A stretch of DNA of 64,000 nucleotides from Eledone cirrhosa (taxonomy: Eukaryota). The stretch's first letter is position 1. Each line of letters starts with the position of its first letter. Positions 57,901 to 64,000 of this stretch are shown one piece after another. The translations under genes and the position numbers were made by a program. The notes beneath the pieces were generated by a model that did no database searches, was not told the DNA's origin, and saw nothing but the letters and a program-made list of their open reading frames with translations. The stretch lies in contig OZ024743.1 of the NCBI GenBank assembly GCA_964016885.1, forward strand, positions 323,392,001 to 323,456,000, given 5' to 3'.

Positions 57901-59505
57901 CATTTCTAGTACCAAACCCATAGCCTCCATGGATTTCGTCGTAGCCGTCACAATGTTGTCCAACGTGACCATTTAGGTCGCCTGCGATAATTATATAGTC
58001 ACTGTCGGATATTTGGGAGGTAGTTAGCATCAGTGTCTCATAGAATCTGTCTTTTATAGTGCCGGGCAGTCCGGATTGGGGTGCGTACGCAGATATTACT
58101 GTCACCGTAGTTCTATTGAGGACAAGTCGTATTTTAATTATTCTGTCGTTCACTCTATTTACGTCTATTATCTTATCTGCCCACTTTTCTGCTACCATGA
58201 TTCCTACTCCACCCAGCCCATCGTCGTTTCCCACCCAGAAAAGCTTATAACATCGTTTTTTACCCTCAATGAACCTAGCAGACCCACCCCTCCACCTGGT
58301 CTCTTGAATACAACAAACATCGACCTCCTTACGTTCAAGCATTTCTACAACCTCGTTAGCGCGACCCTTTAGGGTGCCTACATTTATGGTACCAACTCTG
58401 AAGTTTTGGATTGCGTTTGGGGGTTGGGGGCGGTGAGGGGTGGGGGGCGATGGGGTTATGTTAGCCGTCCGCGGTCGAAACAATGAGGCGTGCTCGCATT
58501 CTCGTCCAAGAGGTGAATTTGTCTTTATCTTTGGCATTGTCGCTGAGCGTCCAGATTTTTCTCTCTCACCTCCACTCTCCAGGATTCCGCAGTCCATCCA
58601 TCCATCATATATCGTATATCGAAAGGCAACCAGGCAAGCGATAGTATAGGCCTCTGGTTTCTGATTGGTCCGCGTAATAATACTGGTGATGCGTGGGGGC
58701 TCTGTTTTATGATTGGTCCACGTAATAGCAATGGTGGTGCGTGGGGGTGGGAGGGAGGGGTGTTGGGTAGCTAGCAAGAAGGTAATGATTGAATGGGGTC
58801 CATGCATTTAACAATCGATTAACAAAAATACAAAATTTGTTCTGTGAAATACGTCCAAAAACCTACGTATTTAGCAATTAATAGAAACAGAAAATGTAGT
58901 TTGTTTTAGCGATAGATTGGCTATTTGGACTTGATACGAAATATGGATTGTTTTGAAAATACGCTAGAATTAAGATTTGTGGAGGGAGAGAGATGAAGTC
59001 TGTACATTACGTTTACATGAATATCGTGGACAGCAAGCAATGAAATGAAATTTGGCCAAGTGAATTCCTATCATATATTTATAGAGAGAGAGAGAGAGTG
59101 AGAGAGAGCGAGGGGAGGGGGCCACATGATGGCTGTGAGTGTTAGGCGTTTGACCGCCCCGTGCCTTCGAAGAAGGAAGAAGGAAAGGATTTTGTTTTTT
59201 TTGTTTTGAAGATACGCTAGAATTAGGGATTGAGGTTTGAAAATACGTTAGGAATTAAGGTTTGAAAATAGCTAGCAAGAAGGTAATGATTGAATGGGGT
59301 CCATGCATTTAACAATCGATTAACAAAAATACAAAATTTGTTCTGTTAAATACGTCCAAAAACCTACGTATTTAGCAATTAATAGAAACAGAAAATGTAG
59401 TTTGTTTTAGCGATAGATTGGCTATTTGGACTTGATACGAAATATGGATTGTTTTGAAAATACGCTAGAATTAAGATTTGTGGAGGGAGAGAGATGAAGT
59501 CTGTA
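54970..59505 (-). mobile_element. Near full-length RTE-clade LINE
   Basis: One long ORF, 3' UTR ending in a (GAT)n tail near 54970-54988, 5' region with a direct repeat; the same 3' end recurs elsewhere in the window. Confidence 0.93.
55367..58807 (-). CDS. RTE ORF: AP endonuclease, reverse transcriptase and embedded Cys4-His-Cys3 finger
   Basis: 1146-aa uninterrupted ORF: VGTINVGTL, IQETRW, AGDLNGHVG, SQHR (APE); QFGF, FVDLEKAFDRV, GVHQGSVLSPLLF, LLYADD (RT); LRWYGHV and GRPRKTW C-terminus; true start codon uncertain. Confidence 0.93.
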   Translation of the reverse strand: MHGPHSIITFLLATQHPSLPPPRTTIAITWTNHKTEPPRITSIITRTNQKPEAYTIACLVAFRYTIYDGWMDCGILESGGEREKSGRSATMPKIKTNSPLGRECEHASLFRPRTANITPSPPTPHRPQPPNAIQNFRVGTINVGTLKGRANEVVEMLERKEVDVCCIQETRWRGGSARFIEGKKRCYKLFWVGNDDGLGGVGIMVAEKWADKIIDVNRVNDRIIKIRLVLNRTTVTVISAYAPQSGLPGTIKDRFYETLMLTTSQISDSDYIIIAGDLNGHVGQHCDGYDEIHGGYGFGTRNEEGARILEFCDANNLTICNTNFKKRDNHLITYRSGEHTSQVDYILTRRRDRVSVVNTKSLPHEECTSQHRLIISDLIVRTRRTRQQKRTILRRKIWKLKDPTARNKFQSVLLDAFDSKEEHLESDNIEGEWEFLKANLLLATDEVCGWSRPVGRRRVTWWWNSKVEGSIKAKKQAWKVWRDGGSREDYQVARREAKRQVYLARREAEERKFKHVLQRDDQKREVFRIARQCVKENRDIVGEKCVLNDDGTLAITDADKKVAWKCHYERLLNEENNWEKGSLPHIDPIEGPAVLVEGSIISKAIKDMKTGKAAGPSEIVAEMLKASGTVGHTMVTRIVNQVVQNGVVPKDWHSSIIVNCYKGKGDALDRSNYRGIKLIDQVMKVTEKVIAQLIRERIDLDEMQFGFVSGKSTTDALFIVRQLQEKYLAKGKPLYLAFVDLEKAFDRVPRSIIWWALRKLGVDEWLVRAIQAMYKETVSKVRINNEYSEEFSVKVGVHQGSVLSPLLFIIALQAITEEFKTGCPWELLYADDLTLIAESMAELEKKFQTWKHGLESKGLKINLAKTKVLVCRKENKAAVPSGKWSCSVCRKGVGRNSILCPKCKVWVHKRCSGITGKLTKNIDFTCGRCSGAISSSKCPQTTSSFNCAEGSIEIVDSFRDLGDKISSGGGCSESTVARVRTGWKKFRELIPLLAAKGFSLKMKSRLYDACIRTAMLHGSETWALCAEDIRRLERNEACMLRWMCNSNIRERQSINELRKKLEIRGIRCCLLERRLRWYGHVMRMKVDSCITKCRAIKIDGSHGIGRPRKTWDELINSDITHLHLSKTMSLDRDLWRYSVTEKTRLT

Positions 59506-60367
59506 GAAGTAATAATTCCAATGAGATCCAGTGATGAGAGTTAGATTTTTGTAGTAGGCTTTCATCATACCAGATTCCGTTGTGCATTCTAAACGAGCTA
59601 GAGTTATATATATATACTTTGTTTTTTAATTTGTTTTGCAAGATTTCTTATCTGAAAACGAATGTTGAAACATGTTATACTTTTGGAGGGTCATATTGTC
59701 AATGAAAATACATGCACCTGTTGGTTTTCACTTCAATTTATTATGGATTTCCAGTTGGTTGGTTGGTTTGATAACCTGATGGTTGTTTATATATTGTCAA
59801 AGCTCTTTTGTCACACATTCTGTGACCTCCTCAGTGACTGGGTTTTTATTTTGTGTCTCCTTTGTTCTATCCTACACCAACTTGTTTTTTGTCACTGAGG
59901 AGGTCATAGAATGTGTGACAAAAGAGCTTTGACAATATAAAAACCATATGGTTATCGCATTAACCAACTGGAAATTTACAATAAATTGAAGTGAAAATCT
60001 ACAGGTGCATGTGTTTTTATCGGCAGCATGACCCACCCAAAGTATAACAATGTATATGTGTGTGTGTGTGTGTGTGCATGTGTATTGAACAATGAAAACA
60101 AAAGGTCAAGATTGGTGCTTAAGTAACAATTTTCGCCTTTTGTTTTCATTGTTCAACATATATATGTATATATATATAACGAAGGAATTGTGGTATGGAA
60201 CCAGATGGACCATAACGCACCAGAGTACTCAATACTTAGGGTAGTAGAGTGGGTAGTAGGAAAAAGTATGACCCCGACGGCAGAGCTCAAGCCGTTTTGA
60301 TGGTTATAATAGCCGTCGAAACGGCTTGAGCTCTGCCGTCGGGGTCATACTTTTTCCTATATATATA

Positions 60368-60703
60368 TCATCATCATCATTTCATTTTACGTCCGCTTTT
60401 CCCTGCTTGCAAGGGTGGGACGGGAACTGATTCTGGCTTGATTTCTACAGCTGGATGCCCTTCCTAACACCAACCTCATTTACAGTGAGTGCTGGGTGCT
60501 TTTTTGCCGTGTCACCTCTACGACCACTTTGCAGTGGAATGATAGGGACTAGGGTCCCTATCATCTCATTTCTACAGCTGAGTAAACTGGAGCAATGTGA
60601 AATAAAGTGTCTTGCTCAAGGAAACAACATCACCCGGTCTGAGAATTGAACTCACAACCTTTCGATTGCAAGGCCAATGCTCTAACCACTAAGCCATGTG
60701 CCT

Positions 60704-60705
<2 letters not shown>
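60368..60705 (-). mobile_element. SINE with tRNA head and RTE-derived tail (second copy)
   Basis: Collinear with 17225-17566. Confidence 0.8.
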
Positions 60706-60749
<44 letters not shown>

Positions 60750-60987
60750 GCAATGAGGTTGTGTAGGTGTCACGACAAAAAACACACAGTCCGCGCTGTA
60801 ATGTGGCCGTGTAGGTAACACGGTAAAAACCTCCCAGTCCACACTGTAAACGTGGTTGGTGTTAGGAAGGGCATCCAACCATAGAAAACCCGCAAGACAA
60901 CCAATCTTGCCTCAAGTGGGAAAATTCCCGTCCAAACCCATGCAAGCGTGGAAGATGGACGTTAAACGATGATGATGATGATGATGC
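60750..60987 (+). mobile_element. RTE 3' UTR tip
   Basis: Matches the 3' part of 36842-37304; (GAT)n tail. Confidence 0.8.
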
Positions 60988-61502
60988 TGCTGCAGAGAGA
61001 GAGAAATAAAATGTAAGAAAATGTAAGAAAATGTAAGAAAATGTAAGAAAAAGTATAGAAAACATTGCAGCTTGGTAGTAGCTTTATTTCCTTCAAGCTG
61101 TTCAGCAATATTGACAAAGAGTATCAATCACTATAACAAAGTCCAGTGGGAGTATGGCCAATGACAGTAGCAGCCTTCTAATTATTATCCCCCTCCCCAA
61201 CCACCTCAGCTTTTGGCTCTACAATCTTTTAAAGGAACATTTTAAAATGTTTTTTTTTAAACTTTGTATTTAAATAATTAGAAAATTTTTCCTTTCTTTT
61301 TTTTTTATCTTTAAATTTTATTTATTTTTTGTAATTTTTAACTTTTAAAAATTCTTTTAATTTGTTTTATTTAATTTTTTTTTTCGTTTTATTAAAAAAA
61401 ATTTTTTAGCAATCCATTTTTTATAGGAGGAAAAACAGATCCGTGTGTGTGTATGTGTTTGTGTGTATGTATGCATGTGGATGTGTGTGTGTATTTCTTC
61501 CT

Positions 61503-61942
61503 TCACCGAATATGCAGCTTATTTGGTGAATAGCCTTTACCAAGCAGAAATATTTCTGATGAATCTCCCCTGCTAGCTTGGGGTTTGATGATTTTAACAG
61601 TCTGAAAAACTTCAGCCAACCGTTTCTCTAATTCCTTTTGTTCATGGCCTTGCCATAGTTTGCAGAGGAGTGCGCCATCCTGTCGGAGAACGCCATGAGA
61701 GAATTCAAGAACAGAGAAACAAAGTTCTATTATAAGGTCATGGTCCATTGAACGGATTCCTGTAGTATTTGGGGCCATGTCGCTGAGAATGATGTCTGCC
61801 TTACGTCCATTGAGCATTTCAATTATTTTGCTTTGGGTTTGGCCCTTTGTGAAGTCCATTGTAGCTAGAGTGATGGCTCCTTTAACAGGAACCATAAACT
61901 GTTTGTCAATGCTAATCACACAGCCTTCAGCTTGACTTTTGG
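61503..61942 (-). CDS. MRM2: Last coding exon of mitochondrial rRNA 2'-O-methyltransferase (FtsJ/RrmJ family)
   Basis: Pyrimidine-rich tract and ttgcag acceptor at 61943-61944; DIILSDMAPN, LCKLW and KPQASRGDSSEIFLLG supply D, K and E of the K-D-K-E tetrad; ends at TGA without the long tails of FTSJ1/FTSJ3; earlier exons not seen in the window. Confidence 0.88.
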
Positions 61943-63274
61943 CTGCAATAATAAAAAATAAAAAAAATATCATACATTTAAAAGTAAATAAAAAATATAT
62001 AAAAATAATAGAAACAATTATTTTCAGAGTCCACCTACTTTACTATGCTGGTATGTGTTGGATGGGATTTTTGGAGGCAGTGTTTTATGGCTGGATGTCC
62101 CTCCAGTTGTATTTTACAGCATGTAAGTATACAGTGTGTCTATTGTAAAAACTGTGTTACACACTGTATAAAAATGTGGAACACTGCACAAATGTGTGTG
62201 TCATCCATGCGCAGGACTATTCTGATTTTCTCCGCATCATTCCAATTTTATTATACGTAGTTCCAAAGCAAGTACAAAAGCAAAACAAGACATTCACACA
62301 AAAATGTTCTGAAATATAATTAACAGTAATAAAGTTTTATTATTAAAAATGTGTTTTTTCTTCTTCCTTAAAAGCTAAATATATCAAATTCTAAAGTATA
62401 CAGATTTAATAACTTTCTAAGCAAAATACACTATTGTACATGCAGACTTAAATATCTAGATGCATTGTAAGATTTGTAACACTATAAAAATGTATTCCTA
62501 AAACATCACTAGGAAGTTATGTTGGCTCATGAAAAGAAGGTGCTTTGGTGCATATGTACAAAATTTGCAGAAATAACCAATTCATATTAGTCTGATGAAA
62601 TAAACAAATTGTTAAATGAGAATAATTATATTTTATTTGCAACAATGTAGGCATAGTCATGGCTGTGAGGTTAAGAAGTTAGCTTCACAGCCATATGGTT
62701 TCAGGTTCCATGGGTTAACCAATGCCTTGTGGGTGCAGTTGGCAGATGGAAACTGTGAGGAAGCCTATCTTGTATGTGTATGTGCGTATGTTTGTTTGTC
62801 TCTGCATGTCTTCACTGTTTAAAGCAATTGGTGATGTTTGTTTATGCCCTGCAACTTAGTGGTATATAACCCATACTTTAATAAAAAATAAAGTATGGGT
62901 TGGCATTAAGAAGGACAGCAGGCTATAGAAAAATTGCTACAAAATGTCCCAGCTAATCTATGCCAACAGGTAACAGCAAACATTGTTTTTATGGCCATTG
63001 TTTGTATAGGTGGACAAGATCTTTTCTGGCAGGTTTTCTATGGCCAAATGCCATATCTGATGACAACTCACACCTTATTCTAAGTAGTGGTGTTTTGTTG
63101 AACCACTATGCTGCAAGTTGTATTGTTTACGGGTGATATAAACAACTATCATTCTAGGTTTCTATGTTGTGCTTCTATGATTTTTGCAGCAACTAGCATA
63201 CACATCATTTAATGTCTAGTCTTCCGTTGGACATATATGATAGACTTTCTTACAGTTTCTGACTACTTAAATCA

Positions 63275-63740
63275 TTTGCATGTTGGTGTGTGAAGTGCCA
63301 TACTGCATAGTAGTGAAACATGGGCAGTGTCTGCAGAAGACATGCGTAAGCTAGAGAGAAATGAAGCAACCATGCTTCGTTGGATGTGCAATGTACATGT
63401 GAGAGAAAGGCAAAGCTTGGATGGACTGAGGGAGAAACTGGGTTTAAGAGAAATCAAAAGTAGTGTGCAAGAGAGAAAAATGCATTAGTACAGACATGTA
63501 ATGTGCATGGATGATGATTGATGGGTGAAGAAATGCCAGGAAATCCCTGTGGAATGAAGCTGCAGTAGAGGTAGACCAAGAAAGACCTGGGCAGAAGTGG
63601 TGCGAGCTGATCTCAAATTGCTGAGACTCACAGAGAAAATGGGGAAGGAATGTGGCAAGTGGAGAGATGCTGTGCTGAAAAGGACCCATCCAACCCATGC
63701 AAGCATGGAAAAACATGTAAAAATGATTATGATGATGGTA
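63275..63740 (+). mobile_element. RTE 3' fragment
   Basis: SETWA, ERNEA and GRPRKTW remnants; GAT tail. Confidence 0.8.
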
Positions 63741-64000
63741 TTGGTCAACCTGAGGCTACAGCAAGAGACTCTTATTTAAGGGGCCACACAGTAAGGCTGA
63801 ACCTGAAAATAGATGGTTCTGAAGCCAATTTCTTAATCACACAGCCATGCCATGATGATGAGTGAAGTCAGTAAAATATAAAAATTGACATATTTTAATG
63901 TAAACCAGGGATCTCAAAAGAGCTATGTACTGGGGGAAAAGGCACAGTGTGTCAGAAGTGAGATAGGGGAGTAGGGAGGTGATTTCCATCAGTTGTAATG

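Noticed and set aside
55557-58731. ORFs overlapping the RTE ORF, mostly on the plus strand
   Set aside because: Antisense or alternate-frame shadows of the RTE coding sequence.

Overview
Repeat-rich, AT-rich eukaryotic (animal) DNA. The SINE/RTE/microsatellite landscape suggests an octopus or other coleoid cephalopod (inference). Genes, both on the minus strand: ten GT-AG exons (35003 to 23705) that splice in frame into the C-terminal half of ATP-dependent 6-phosphofructokinase (PFK), and the last coding exon of mitochondrial rRNA methyltransferase MRM2/FTSJ2 (61942 to 61503). The rest is a near full-length RTE LINE with an open ORF, many RTE and CR1-like fragments, tRNA-derived SINEs, hAT and piggyBac-like MITEs, a DD37D mariner relic, minisatellites, kb-long (TA/CA) microsatellites and a 200-N gap. 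Main discovery: 47139-50780 is a near-perfect 310-bp tandem array in which every unit carries a type I hammerhead ribozyme (12 cores), i.e. a retrozyme or Penelope-pLTR-like array predicted to release 310-nt monomers that could circularise. At least four more dispersed hammerhead motifs occur. One is in sense orientation upstream of the PFK exons and two have a non-canonical CAGAAGA core. Nearly all abut (TA)n tracts. All ribozyme calls come from base pairing read by eye; activity is untested.
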